Of a stretch of DNA of 64,000 nucleotides, positions 24,170-37,127 are shown one piece after another. Source of the stretch: Octopus vulgaris (taxonomy: Eukaryota); the NCBI GenBank assembly GCA_951406725.2, contig OX597822.1, positions 94,612,001 to 94,676,000 on the forward strand, read 5' to 3'. Made by a program: the position numbers and the translations under genes. Every line of letters begins with the position of its first letter. The first letter of the stretch is position 1. Below the pieces are notes generated by a model. It had not been told where the DNA came from. It ran no database searches and worked only from the letters and a program-made list of their open reading frames with translations.

Positions 24170-25212
24170 CTTGATTTAAAGATCTAAGGTAAAAATGAAT
24201 AAGGCAATGACTATGGAAATATTTATTCATTAACACACTCTTCATTGCTTTCAATGACTTCATTCCATCTTTCAAAAAACCTTATAAATGCCTCGCATGT
24301 AAAATTCTGTAGGTTTAGAACTGAAATATGAATCCAACTCATTTTCAATCTCTTCTCTTGTTGTTAACCTAAGTCCATCAAAATGGTTCTGTAGTCCTCA
24401 GAACAAATGGTAATCAGAAGGAGCAAGGTCAGGAGAATATGGAGGATGAGGCAGTATTTCCCGACCAAGTTCTTCCGAGAGAGTTTTGGTCAGTCGAGCT
24501 GTGTGAGGACGAGCATTATCGTGATGGAAGATGACACCCTTTCTGTTAACCAAGGATGCTCGCTTTTGGTGCAGAACTGATTTCAAACAACGAAGTTGCT
24601 CACAGCAAATATTAACATTAATTGTTTGGTTGTTGTCCAGCAGTTCATAATGGATTACTCCTTTAATATCCCACCATACACTCAACATGATCTTCTTTGG
24701 ATGAAGTTCTGCTCTTTGTTGTTGAACCGGCCGTCCTCCTCGACTGATCCAAGAATGGCAGCACTTAACATTATGGTAAAGAATCCACTTCTCATCACCT
24801 GTAACAAACCTATCTAAAAATGTTGCTTGAAAGTGTTACAAAAGCAATGATTGACAACAAGCAGCACGCTGTTGTCGATTCTCTGGAGACAGCTCGTGAG
24901 GGGCCCATTTCCCAGCCACTGAAACTTTTCCAATGTGTTTTAGCTGGTGTACCATGGTTGTATGGGTCACATTTAACTGTTCTGAAAGTTCCCTAGTAGT
25001 AATGGTAGTTTTTTGGGGACGACCCTCTTTTAGCAGGACAAACATAGAGGTAAAATTTTCTGAGAATTATGGCCAGAAGTTAGATGATCTTAATGAAAAT
25101 AATAAAAATTAGACACAGAGATATCTTAAAACTATAAAAAGAGGTTAAAAAATTGATAAATTCTCTCTGAGACATTTTTCTAGAAATTGGACATTACTTT
25201 TGCACCAACCTG
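24170..25212 (-). mobile_element. Mariner (DD34D) transposase pseudogene
   Basis: GKWAPHELS, MLSVWWDIKGVIHYELL, FHHDNARPH, HPPYSPDLAPSDYHLF; TIR-like end ATTACTTTTGCACCAACCTGATA. Confidence 0.9.
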
Positions 25213-25446
25213 ATATATATATATATGTTTATATATGTGTGTATATTGGCCTGCTTGCTTAGCCAGCGGGGTGGCATCATTTGAAGGCTAATACAATGCG
25301 AAGCGCATTGTAACCAGCGATGTGTAGCAACATCTGATAACCTGGTCGGTCACGGTGATCACGGTGATATATGTGTATATATATGTGTGTATATACATGT
25401 ATGTATGTATATATGTATGTATGTGTGTGTATATATATATATATAT

Positions 25447-25530
<84 letters not shown>

Positions 25531-26757
25531 TTACACAAGCAAGCACATAAATGCAAAACAAGTTGGAAAAAAATAGTATTTGATTACTAAAAGAAAAGTA
25601 ATATGTTTTCATTAAAGCTGAAAAAATCTTCACCAATTGTTAAAGTTTCACATTACTGTTTGTCAGATAGTTGTGAGCATACTAAATTAAAACTGTGATG
25701 GTACATGTAATATTACATCACAGTTTCACAGTTTTAATTTAGTGTGGTCACAACTGCTCGACAAATGATAACATAAAATTGAGTAACAGTTTGCGAAGAT
25801 TTTTTCAGCTTTACTGAAAGTATAGAAATAAAATAAAGGCGGTGTTGAAGCTGCCTATCAAAGATGGTTATAAGTGGTTCATCATTAAGTGGATAGATAT
25901 ATATTACAGAGATGAGCAAGCAACAGAAGTGGTATTACTCTAGAATACCATCATGCAGAGCTACGAGGAGTTGATCATGTCGCAAGGTTCACAGACAATC
26001 AGGGGACCCATGCAGTTGTTGAGTGGTACTCATGTGAACAAAAGAGACTGCTCAGAAGACTTCTAATCAGGTGGGAAAAGAATTTGAGAAAGGTGTTTGG
26101 AACAACATGGAAGAGAATGGCAAGAGCATGAGGGGAATGGAGTAAATGCTGTGGCCAGCAGAGCTGACTTGGCACCAGACAGCCCAGCTGATCCAGGTGA
26201 TTCAGGTGAATATTGATGGATGAATGGATGGATGGATGGATGGAGAGACAGAGGGACGGATGGATCAATAGATATGTTTCTTTATTAGCCACACAGGGCT
26301 GCACACAGACAGGACAAAATTACAAGGTATAGCTTTTCTTTTGGGGGTAAAAGAAGGGGGTTTGGTTTTCAATCAAAAGGGATCGTAAATGGAAAGAAAG
26401 AGGACAAAAAAAGGAGGGGATATAAAAGGGGGGGGGGAATTTGATCAAATAGATAGATAGACAGATAGACAGACAGACAGACAGATAAATAGATAGATAG
26501 ATAGATAGATAAATAGATAGAGAGATAGATAGATAGGTAGGTAGGTAGGTAGGTAGGTAGGTAGGTACGTAGATATATTTCTTTATTGCCCACAAGGAGA
26601 TAAACACAGAGGGGACAAACAAAGACAGACAAAGGGATTAAGTTGATTGCATCGACCCCAGTGCGTAACTGGTACTTACTTAATCGACCCCGAAAGGATG
26701 AAAGGCAAAGTCAACCTTGGCAGAACTTAGATATATATATATATATATATAGATAGA

Positions 26758-26805
<48 letters not shown>

Positions 26806-26822
26806 AAGACAGACAGACAGAC

Positions 26823-26889
<67 letters not shown>

Positions 26890-26951
26890 AAGCCATCTGA
26901 GTAGATTTGGTAGATGGAAACTGAAAGAAGACAGTTTTCTGTACACACTCA

Positions 26952-26999
<48 letters not shown>

Positions 27000-27227
27000 T
27001 TCTGTCTAGTGACATAATGTAATAGGCATGTACAATAAGTGCTCAAGTTAGTTTACCCCTAAAACTCCAGCTTGAACTACAACTAAAACAAAAGTGGTGC
27101 TTGAAGCTGCCTATCAAAGATGGCTATAAGTGGTTCATCATTGAGCAGGCAGATATATATTAGAAACAGAGACGAACAAGCAAAACAAGTGGTATCACTA
27201 GATCATGTATTTTATAATTCAGACATA

Positions 27228-28060
27228 CAAGGGGGTACCCAAAAGTAACCGGAAATGTTTTCTATGGGACAAACCCATTGTAGTTCGGGCTCCCACCATA
27301 AGAAGCCACTTGATGCGACCCTCGGGCATTAGTCTGCCAGCCAGCGGCATTAGCTGGAGTCATACTGCCACGTGATGTGTCTTTGCTTTGCATTACTCCT
27401 CCCCTGTTTGCCAATTTTTGCGATGACTGAAATGAAGGTACAGTGTGGTTCCATGAAATTCTGCATTCTGCTGGACAAAACAGCTGCTGAAACAGTTGTT
27501 GTGCCTCAGACAGCTTACAAGGATGCTGCCATGAGCAAAACACGAGTTTACAAGTGGTTCCCATGCTTTAGGAATGGCCACTTGTCACTTGAAGACCAAC
27601 CTCATTCAGAACAAGTGTCAACCACCCAAACTAATGTAAACATCACAAATATTTATGAACTGATATTGGAGGACCATCACCGAACAGTTTACAAATTTGT
27701 TCATATGATTGGTGTGTCTTGGAGCTCCTGCCAATGAATTATGAGTAAGGAATGGCAAATGAAAAGAGTTGCAGCAAAATTTATTCCTTGCTTTCTCACT
27801 GAAGATCAAAAGCAGTCATGACTGAAAGTGTGTCATGAACTGAAAGAACAACTGGATGTTGATCTGGACCTTTTTTGAAGGTCATCACTGGCGATGAAAG
27901 CTAGTGCTACAGAATCTGCAGATGTGGAAGAGGTGAAGAAAAAAATGACAGAGGCGATAAAAGGCATCACTTTGCAAGAGTTCCAGCACTGTTTTGAACA
28001 GTGGAAAAGAACACCTGAACCAACTCATTGCTTCAAATGGAGAATACTTTGGAGGTGATA
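27228..28060 (+). mobile_element. Internally deleted mariner element
   Basis: MKFCILLDKTAAETV..AYKDAAMSKTRVYKWF..LEDQPHS HTH region; VITGDES; C-terminal NGEYF; catalytic middle missing. Confidence 0.82.
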
Positions 28061-28632
28061 AAAGAGTTCAAATTCCGCCAAAGTCGACTTTGCCTTTCAT
28101 CCTTTCGGGGTTGATAAATTAAGTACCAGTTACGCACTGGGTCGATGTAATCGACTTAATCCATTTGTCTGTCCTTGTTTGTCCCCTCTGTGTTTAGCCC
28201 CTTGTGGGTAGTAAAGAAACACATATTTATTAAAGAGCTGGCTTTTTTTTTTTAGATTTTCATGTTTGTCTTTTGTGTTTAGTTTGGGACAGAAATTGTC
28301 CTATGTTCACCACTTGTGACCTTCTCAATCTCATTTCCGGACTGAAGCAAAGATAGTAGCAGTTTACTGTCACACTTTGTAGTAGACAACAAATAATCAT
28401 AAAATGATGTAATTTATAAAATTATCCATGCTGGATTAAAATTTTCTTAACAGTTAACTCCTGGTTACTTTCATATTTTATTTCATACATGCAATATCTG
28501 TATTGATTTTTTTGGTTTGAGGTTCAAGTATGTTTATATGATTAAGAAGCTGGCTTCTCAGGTTAACAATTATAGGTTTAGCTCTTGGGATGTAAGGTAG
28601 TCATTCCTGCACACATATCAAGATACTCACTA

Positions 28633-28995
28633 TCATCATCATCATCATCATCATCATTTAGCATCCGCTTTCCATGCTAGCATGGGTTGGACGGTTCAAC
28701 TGGGGTCTGTGAAGCCAGAAGGCTGCATCAGGCCCAGTCTGATCTGGCAGTGTTTCTACGGCTGGATGCCCTTCCTAACGCCAACCACTCCGTGAGTGTA
28801 GTGGGTGCTTTTTACATGCCACTGGCACAGGTGCCAGACAGAGCTGGCAAACAGCCATGAACGGATGGTGCTTTTACGTGCCACCAGCACAGGGGCCAGG
28901 CGAGGCTGGCAACAGACACGAACGGATGGTGCTTTTATGTGCCACCGGCACGAGGGCCAGGCGAGGCTGGCAACGGACATGAGCGGATGGTGCTT
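28633..28995 (-). mobile_element. RTE 3'-UTR fragment
   Basis: Reverse complement of the 21600-22030 UTR, with an (ATC)n tail. Confidence 0.8.
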
Positions 28996-29296
28996 GGAGC
29001 ACTGTGAAAGAAATCTTTATATATAAAAGTGAAGTTGTGTGTCTGTCTCCTACGATTTAGATTCCTAACTACTCCCACATTTTGCGGTGCAATTTAACCA
29101 AAAGTGGGTATCTTATAGTCGTGATTCATATCGAGCCCTTCTAAGTATTAGCGTGCGTCTACGATGAGTCTCCGATTTAAAAAAAAATTTACCATCATTT
29201 TTTCCCATTTTTAATGCATTTTTTTTGCTATTATATAAGGGAAGTAACTCTCTAAAAAATAAGTAGAAATTTTACCAGTAAATGTGTTAAATTATA

Positions 29297-29419
29297 AGAG
29301 CCATTTTCTTTTTGTGCCTTATAATTTAACACACTCACCGGTAAAATTTCCACTTAAAATAAGTGGAAATTTTACCAGTGAGTGTGTTAAATTATAAGGC
29401 ATAAAAAGAAAATGACTCT
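29297..29419. repeat. Near-perfect palindrome, ~60-bp arms with a 3-nt loop
   Basis: ..GCCTTATAATTTAACACACTCACCGGTAAAATTTCCACTTA-AAA-TAAGTGGAAATTTTACCAGTGAGTGTGTTAAATTATAAGGC.. Confidence 0.92.
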
Positions 29420-29811
29420 CCCCAGACACAACAGATTTTAAATTATGCTTTTCTTTAAACAATTCTTTTCTGATAACTATTAATAGTATAGCTCCACAAG
29501 TGGGCAATACAATACACTGTGGTCTATAGAATTTACTGACAGCAAACCACAGCACACTTAGGAGCATGGAGGAATTGAAGACAGAGAAGAGCAATGGCAT
29601 TGTTGGAACAAAGCAAAATCTACATTCTTTTAAGCTCAGTCCCACACTACATGACACTTTGGGCACCAGAGTTCTGAGCTGAACAAAGTCTTTGTCAATG
29701 GATTTGGCTGGCAGGAACTAAAAGAAGCTCATTGTGTGTGTGTATATATATATGCATGCGCGCGCGCACACACACACTCACATGCGTGCACACACACACA
29801 CACAACACACA

Positions 29812-31040
29812 TTGGGTTATCCCATAAATAATGTGGTTTTTATATACTTCTTTCATTTTTCAAATTTAAGATAAGCAAAGTTCTTTTTTAATCTATAATA
29901 TACTCTCCTTCATTTTCTACAATGCTCTTCCATCTATCTGGTAGACTTGCAAGGTCCCTCTTCCAAAATTCACTTGTCCATGATGAAAAATACTCCTCCA
30001 GTGCTGTTCTGACCTTGTCTACAGAATTCATATTTTTTCCCATCCAAATGATTTTGAAGACTGTGGAATAAATGATAATCAGATGGGACAATATCTGGCG
30101 AATTTGGTGGGTGGGGCATTATTTCCATTCTAACTGCTCCATCCTTTGGAATGTCATCCTAGCTGTATGTGGCCAAGCATTATCCTGATGTAAGAACACC
30201 TTTCATCTTGAAATCAAAGATGGTCGTTTTTCTTCTAGCGCTGACTTAAGCCACTCAGGTTGCTCGCAGTAAATCTCATTTGTTATCGTTTGGTTATAGT
30301 TTAAAAGTTCAAAGTGGACTAAACTTTTCATATCCCATCAAACAGATAACAACACCTTAAGTGGGTGAAGACCTTCTTTAGCCTGGAGTGCTGGTGTTTC
30401 TCCTTCCCTACCCAACGTTTCCAGCACTTGACATTTTTATAGAGAACCCATTTCCCATAACCAGTCACTACTCGGTCCAAAAAAAGTTCATTTGTAAGAT
30501 GTGACAGCAAAGAAGAGCACATATTTACTCTCTGTGCATGATTAGACTTGGAAAGTTTGTAAGGGACCCATTGATCCAATTTGCTGACTTTTCCAATGGC
30601 ATGCAGGGGTCGATGAATGGTTGAATCCAAATCCAAGCTTCTCTGCTTGTTCCTCAGCAGTTACTGTGGGATTTTGTTCCACCAAGGTTTGCAGGATGTC
30701 CTCATTGAGGTCTACAGATCTTCCAGGATGAGGCTTGTCTTCTAGGCTGTAGCTTCCAGCTCAGAATTTCTGGAACCATCTATTGTCCAGTCCTCATATA
30801 CTGCATTAATATTTCTCATGCTTTCCATTGTGTTGTTGTTTTTATTGAACTCATAAAGCAAAATTTGCCGAATATGCTCCTTTGTCACTTCCATTACAAC
30901 TCTGAAAATCGAACTGCACTCTTCAAAACTTGCACTAAGAATAAGGACAAGGTAAAATTACTACCTCCTTCTATAGCAAGTTGATGCAGGTAGTTTATCC
31001 TGTCCCTCTCCGATTTTTAGTTCATGCAATTGAAAAAACA
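29812..31040 (-). mobile_element. Mariner transposase pseudogene
   Basis: IGKVSKLDQWVPYKL, LDRVVTGYGKWVLY, LPDRWKSIVENEGEYIID; TIR ATTGGGTTATCCCATAAATAATG. Confidence 0.85.
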
Positions 31041-31049
31041 ATAAAGGCA

Positions 31050-31950
31050 ACAATGCAACAGAAAAGGCAAGGAATATTAATGCACTATATGGGGATTGGA
31101 CAATAAGTGTAAGCCAGTGTCAACGGTGTTTTCAGAAATTCTACAGCCTAGAAAACAAACGCATAGTTTCTCATGGGAGCGAACATGGCTGACAAGACTG
31201 ATATGGGATAGGCAGACCCGGCAGCACCTGAAGCACTGAAAGTGACCCCAAACAACAGCCGCAGGGGTCGATGACGATGTCTCCTCCTCTCTTCATGCAG
31301 TCTCCTGCAGCATCATACATAGAATTCCATACCTTCCAGAGCCTCCAACTGATTGGGAAGAATATCACATAAGATGAAAGAATGCTTGTGATTATTATGA
31401 AAATGAAGTTTTGGACATCCATGAGGCCTACCTCCAGTTTTGATCTTGTTGAAGAGGGCCATCTTTGGAAGCTGGTTGCCTGGCATCTGAATCACATGGC
31501 TAACCCAGCAGAGAAGATGATGAAGGATACAGGCCTCAATGCTGTTGATCCCAGTCCTCAGGAGACTTTCAGTATGAGGCACCTTTTTCCCACCACATGA
31601 GACCTAGAATACTTTGGAGCAATCTGATATAGAAGGCTTCTACTTGTCTGATCTGATGCCAATAAAGGGTCCAGCACTTAGATCTGTACAAGAAGGTGAA
31701 TACACAGACAGTTTGATAAAAAGAAATTTTTGTACTTGCTCTAAGGTTCTTGTTCTGGAAGGTTTGTTTGCTGAGTGTTCCAAAAATGCAAAGGCCAAGT
31801 TGATCTGATGAAGATCAAGTAAAGTTCTGACATTCTAGGAAGCAACTGTCAGTTTCTTGAAATTTCAGCTGCATTAGATGATAACCTGTTAGGTACAGTT
31901 TCCTGACCAGGTAGAATAGGGCAAGCTTTGTTTGGATCACCTTTTATAAG
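31050..31950 (-). mobile_element. RTE-BovB-like LINE fossil
   Basis: GINSIEACILHHLLCWVSHVIQMPGNQLPKMALF..GGRPHGCPKLHF resembles SIE..QLRWAGHV.RM..RLPK..GRP.KR. Confidence 0.75.
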
Positions 31951-32004
31951 TCAGTCTTCTGATTGAGGTAGGCAATGCCTTTCTTAAATAGGGATGTCTA
32001 GACA

Positions 32005-32270
32005 TATGAGCAGGACAAAAAGCCTGTTGTCCCCAGGTTCTTCATGAGCAGGACAAAAGGCCTGTTGTCCCCAGGTTCCACATGAGCAGGACAAAAAGCC
32101 TGTTGTCCCCAGGTTCCACATGAGCAGGACTAAAAGCCTGTTGTCCCCAGGTTCCAGATGAGCAGGACAAAAAGCCTGTTATCCCCAGGTTTCACATGAG
32201 CATGACAAAAAGCTTGTTGTCCCCAGGTTCCACATGGGCAGGACAAAAAGCCTGTTGTCTCCAGGTTCAA
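32005..32270. repeat. 38-bp minisatellite, 7 units
   Basis: Unit CATGAGCAGGACAAAAAGCCTGTTGTCCCCAGGTTCCA, with no spacers. Confidence 0.93.
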
Positions 32271-32944
32271 ACTTCAGGGACCATTTTACACATGCTGCCA
32301 CCAAGCAAGGTTCATGCTAGAGGTTTCCAGGATCATCCTTGCTAGCCTCCATCACCAGCTGCTCATCACCGATGGACTTGAGATTTTTAACAGAAAAAAG
32401 GGTAGGAAAATGAAAGAAGTAGGATCAAAGTCTACACAAAAAGTTGTTTCCAGTGATGAGAAGGGCAGCAAATCCTCCACCATACAACTTGATTTATCTG
32501 TGGCAAGGAGGAGACCCAGGATGACAGGTATCAGGGATAAGCTACAGTGAGCTGTCACATCCATGGTATGTAGTAGGTGTTCTGTTTTAGCTAATAGCAG
32601 CACAAAACACACAACTTGCCACCGAATGTAGGACATACACAGAGGATGTGTGACCAGGTCAGACACCAGGTGCTGGAACAGATATTGCACTTGACTTGAT
32701 AAAGGAGGGAAGGTAATGCAGGGCTTAGTCAAAGTGTTAGTTGATCTAAAACTGGGACCCTAGCAGATGCTGCTCCTTCGAAGTCGGAGTAGATCTGGGA
32801 ATGACAGTGATTAAGAGGTAGTTCCACCCCCACCCCAAATCCTGGAACTTCCATACCAGAACCCCACAACCAGATGCAGTTTAAAGTCACACACACACAC
32901 ACACACACATGCACGCATACACACACACATTATATATACAAATA

Positions 32945-33236
32945 TAACTGGTACTCCATCACTTACGACAACGAGGGTTCCAGCTGAGCTCAATCAATGG
33001 AACAGCCTGCTTCTGAAATTAATGTGCAAATGGCTGAGTACTCCACAGACATGTGTTCCCTTAACATAGTTCTTAAGGAGATTCAGTGTGACACAGAATG
33101 TGACAAGGCTTTGAAATATAGGTACTACTCATTTTTGGCAGCTGAGCGAACTGGAGCAAAATGAAATAAAGTGTCTTGCTCAAGGACAAAAAGTGCCATG
33201 GGGAATTGAACTTGTGACCTTATCATCATGAGTTCA
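32945..33236 (-). mobile_element. Third tRNA-derived SINE family
   Basis: Minus strand B box GTTCAATTCCC followed by GTCCTTGAGCAAGACACTTTATTTC..GCTCCAGTTCGCTCAGCTG; related fragment at ~7930-8050. Confidence 0.65.
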
Positions 33237-33271
<35 letters not shown>

Positions 33272-33274
<3 letters not shown>

Positions 33275-33700
33275 ATGTAGGATAAAATTGTTTCCGAAAA
33301 AAAAAATTTTATCAATTATTAAAAAATACCTTTAAAGGTTAAAATTATAAACAACTTATAAATAAGGGCAAACGAAAACATTTCTAATGCCAAATATGCC
33401 GAAAATTGGACATATTGTCCATTACCATATAATTTATCACGATACACACGCTACTCGAAAAAAGCCGACAGAAATTTCTAAAAAATTCCATTGTTACCAT
33501 ATCGGACCGATTTCAGGGTTAGTTCGTAAGAACCCTCCCTTCATCAGTGATAAATGTGGTAAAGAAATAAATGAGATACTTACTCATACCCATGGAAGAA
33601 GCAAAACACTAAGTCATGAGCACAACTAAGTACCCCAAATACATCCAAAATAGAAATACTCCAGCCCATTCAAGACACGTGTGATTTGAACTGAGGCTCT
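33272..33700 (-). mobile_element. Penelope-like pLTR remnant flanked by (TA)n
   Basis: Carries the hammerhead; bounded by (TA)n on both sides; left end resembles 43785-43875. Confidence 0.5.
33494..33562 (-). ncRNA. Minimal type-I hammerhead ribozyme (Penelope-like), slightly degenerate
   Basis: Minus strand: TTACCA-catt-TATCa CTGATGA AGGG-agg-GTTC-ttac-GAAC-taa-CCCT GAAA TCG GTC cGATA-TGGTAA. Both core boxes, stem I, stem II and a GUC cleavage triplet are present. Confidence 0.72.
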
Positions 33701-33768
<68 letters not shown>

Positions 33769-34509
33769 CTCTCTTTTACTTGTTTCAGTCATATGACTGC
33801 TGTCATGCTGGAGCACTGCCTTTAGTCAAACTAATCAACCCCCAGGACTTATTCTATCGGTCAGTTTTGCCAAACCACTATTTTACAGAGATGTAAACAC
33901 ACCAACATCGGTTGTCAAGTGATGGTGGAGGGATAAACACAGACACAAATACATACATACATATGCATATATATATATACAACAGGTTTCTTTCAGTTTC
34001 TGTCTACCAAATCCACTCACAAGGCTTTGGTCGGCCTGAGGCAATAGTAGAAGACACTTGCCCAAGGTGCTATGCAGTGGGACTGAAACCAGGACCATGT
34101 GGTTGGGAAGCAAGCTTCTTACCACACAGCAACTCCTGTGCCCATATATATCGAAAGCACACAAACACACACACACTATATATATATATAAATATTGCCA
34201 TCAGGGCCATAACCAGGTTCTAAAGTTAGGGGGTGCAAGCACATAAAAAAAAGGCACCGTGACACATGGGAAGCAATTTTTAATACATTGATTATACATT
34301 TCATAAAAGGTGCCAATTGTGAAAAATGTGATAGGGGATGATGGTCACTCCCCTTACACTGCTATTAACTACACTACTGAATGACATACATAAACCCATA
34401 TTTATATATACATATTATAAATATATCCTTCCATCTATCCATCTATCTGTACATACATACATACACACACACATACATACATACATACATACATACATAC
34501 ATACATACA

Positions 34510-34540
<31 letters not shown>

Positions 34541-34791
34541 GTCTGTATATATGTATGTGTGGATGTATGTACAATTCAAGCTGTCAACCAATCCAGTCTA
34601 CAATTATAGTTTATTCATCCATTTCTCAAGTAGGATGACTACTCCCTGTAGTTCAATCAATAAGATATTTATATATATGCATGCATATACATATATGATG
34701 AGTTTCTTTCAGTTTCCGTCTTTGAAATCCACTCATAAAAATAGATATGTCTATATATATATATATATATATATGTGTATATATATGTATG

Positions 34792-34892
<101 letters not shown>

Positions 34893-35599
34893 GTGTGTGT
34901 GTGTATGACTATATATGTATGTATGTATGTATGTATATATAAAGATTGAATTGCAATTTATATTTGTAACTTGATGATATCTGAATAATAAAAGAAAGCT
35001 TTCTTGTAGTGTAAATCTTATTGTAAATATCTATCAAACCATTAAGTAGCAAAATCACAAAGTTCCAGAAAAAGTCGGGGGAAATTTGTTGGAGGACATT
35101 TTGATCTACTAGAAATGAAAGTACTTGGAAAAAATGGCGACTGAAGAGGTTGAACTAAGGGAGAAAATATCTGTTTTAAAAATGGCTAAGCTACTTCAAT
35201 AACAAGCCTATTGGATTCTACAATATTAATTACCCAAAGAAGAAAACAAAGCAGCCTCTTGATTCAACAAGAATGTTTCTATGAGGCAACTAATCTGCTA
35301 GAAATAGCAACAAAACTTATTTACATCAACTTTACTATTTTAAAAGGATAACGTATTCTAATGTATATTCATCATCATTTGTTATCATCAACGTTTAGCA
35401 TCAACTTTTCCATGATTGCATGTGTCAGAGAAGCAATCGGCAAGGAAGATTTTCTATAGCTGGATGTCCTTCCTGTTACTATCTGAAAATGAACAACCCT
35501 GCTTGTATGCAGATCATGCTTGGCTTGTTTACAATTATTTATCATATGATGTTTAAACAAGAGTACGCACAAACACACACACACATATATATGTATATA

Positions 35600-35970
35600 T
35601 CAGCAGCAGTATCATCCGGCGTTGCTCGGGTTTGTTTCGACCCTTTAGAATTGGAATTTTCAAAAGGTAAAAAAATTTGCATTATGTAGCTTGTTATTCT
35701 CTTTAATTGAACATTTTTCTGGTTGAAATACACCAAAAAATGGCGACAGAGCTGTCAAAAAATCGTAAAAAATAGAGATTTTCATAGAAAAAAAGCACCT
35801 TTTTGATGTAAATAATTTTTGGTCTTAACATTTGAATTTTATCTTCTATGGAATGAAGAGCAAGCCTTCTTCTATCATACTCTCAATTTTGGTCAACTTG
35901 CACCGCAGGGTCTTAGAGGAGATAGTGTTAGTTGAAGGCTACCAAACCTGCCACACACAGACAACTTCAG

Positions 35971-35978
<8 letters not shown>
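35600..35978 (-). mobile_element. Non-autonomous Helitron/Helentron-like (HINE) element; related start at 29014-29255
   Basis: Terminal hairpin CCGGCGTTGCTCGGG; the other end ACACACAGACAACTTCAGCTTTATATA is the reverse complement of TATATAAAAGTGAAGTTGTGTGTCTGTC at ~29020. Confidence 0.55.
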
Positions 35979-36020
<42 letters not shown>

Positions 36021-36429
36021 GTAAAAAGTGAAAAAACTACAGAAGGCTTGTTTTAAAAGGTTAAAAAATATATATTTGAGTCATTATGTCTGAAGAATGT
36101 TATAAATTTTTTTCATACAATGACATAGTTTTTGAAGAAATGACCGGTTTTGCGTTCAGCTTTTCAAATTTCTTACATCGTTATGTTTACACCAACTTTC
36201 TCACCTATACATATATATATATAGATTTGTACTATAGGCACAATGCCAGAAGTTTGTGAAAGGAAGCTAGTTGATTACATCGACCCCAGTACTCAATTGA
36301 TATTTGTTTTATTGACCCTGGAAAGATGAAAGACAAAGTCAAATTTGGAGGAGTTTGAATTCAGAATGCAAAGATGAATGAAATGCTTGGCAAGCTAACA
36401 ATTCTGCCAGCTTGCTTTTATGTATATAC

Positions 36430-36950
36430 ACAAGCTGAGTAACTCAAAGTTGCCAAGGAAGTTTTCACAATAGAAAGGCTTTATTTCAATATTTTTATTC
36501 TATGTCACATCATGTCTTCTCCGACTGATCAGCCTCTTGATCAGGACAGATCTCTGCATTTTAGGGGTCAATTTATGAGACTCGGTATGCAAAGTTCTTT
36601 TGCTTTTGCATTTGGTACATAGATGTAAAGATTTTTCTTGCTTCCTACTCTTGAATATCTAACATAAAGTAAACCAGCAATTGAAAATATTTGCCCTTGT
36701 GATTTGTTGATAGTCATGACAAAACTAAGACTCACTGGAAAGTGAAGTTCTTCAAATTGAAATGGGTCTGTGCAATGAAGGTACATGTGCACTTATCATG
36801 TAATCAATGCATCCTGTGCTTGGGAGTTTCCTGAGACCATGCAATGGAGGCTTGTATTTGTATATCACCAAGTCTATCTCTTCTCTGTTCGGGTGTCTCC
36901 TGAGCTTGCTGCTGATGCTTTGTGGTAGGGTCTTTTGACTCTGTCACCCT
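36430..36950 (-). mobile_element. Helitron remnant (Pif1 helicase C-terminus plus N-terminal ETPEQR repeats)
   Basis: PFQF..LHFPVSLSFVMTINKSQGQ..LYV..SRVG; QETPEQRRDRL. Confidence 0.8.
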
Positions 36951-36975
36951 AAAGAAATTCCTAACATACATGTAT

Positions 36976-37007
<32 letters not shown>

Positions 37008-37083
37008 ACACCTACACATATAGAATACACACACTCAAGGTGAGAGATATACATATACAGACAAAGACTGAGAGAGTGTGTTG

Positions 37084-37127
<44 letters not shown>

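Noticed and set aside
25840-27200. ~100-bp direct repeats (25840-25945 and 27095-27200) as LTRs
   Set aside because: Diverged, no TG..CA ends, PBS, PPT or gag/pol between them; more likely old LINE fragments or a local duplication.
32005-32270. CRISPR-like array (38-bp palindromic repeats)
   Set aside because: Units are contiguous with no unique spacers, there are no cas genes, and the context is eukaryotic.
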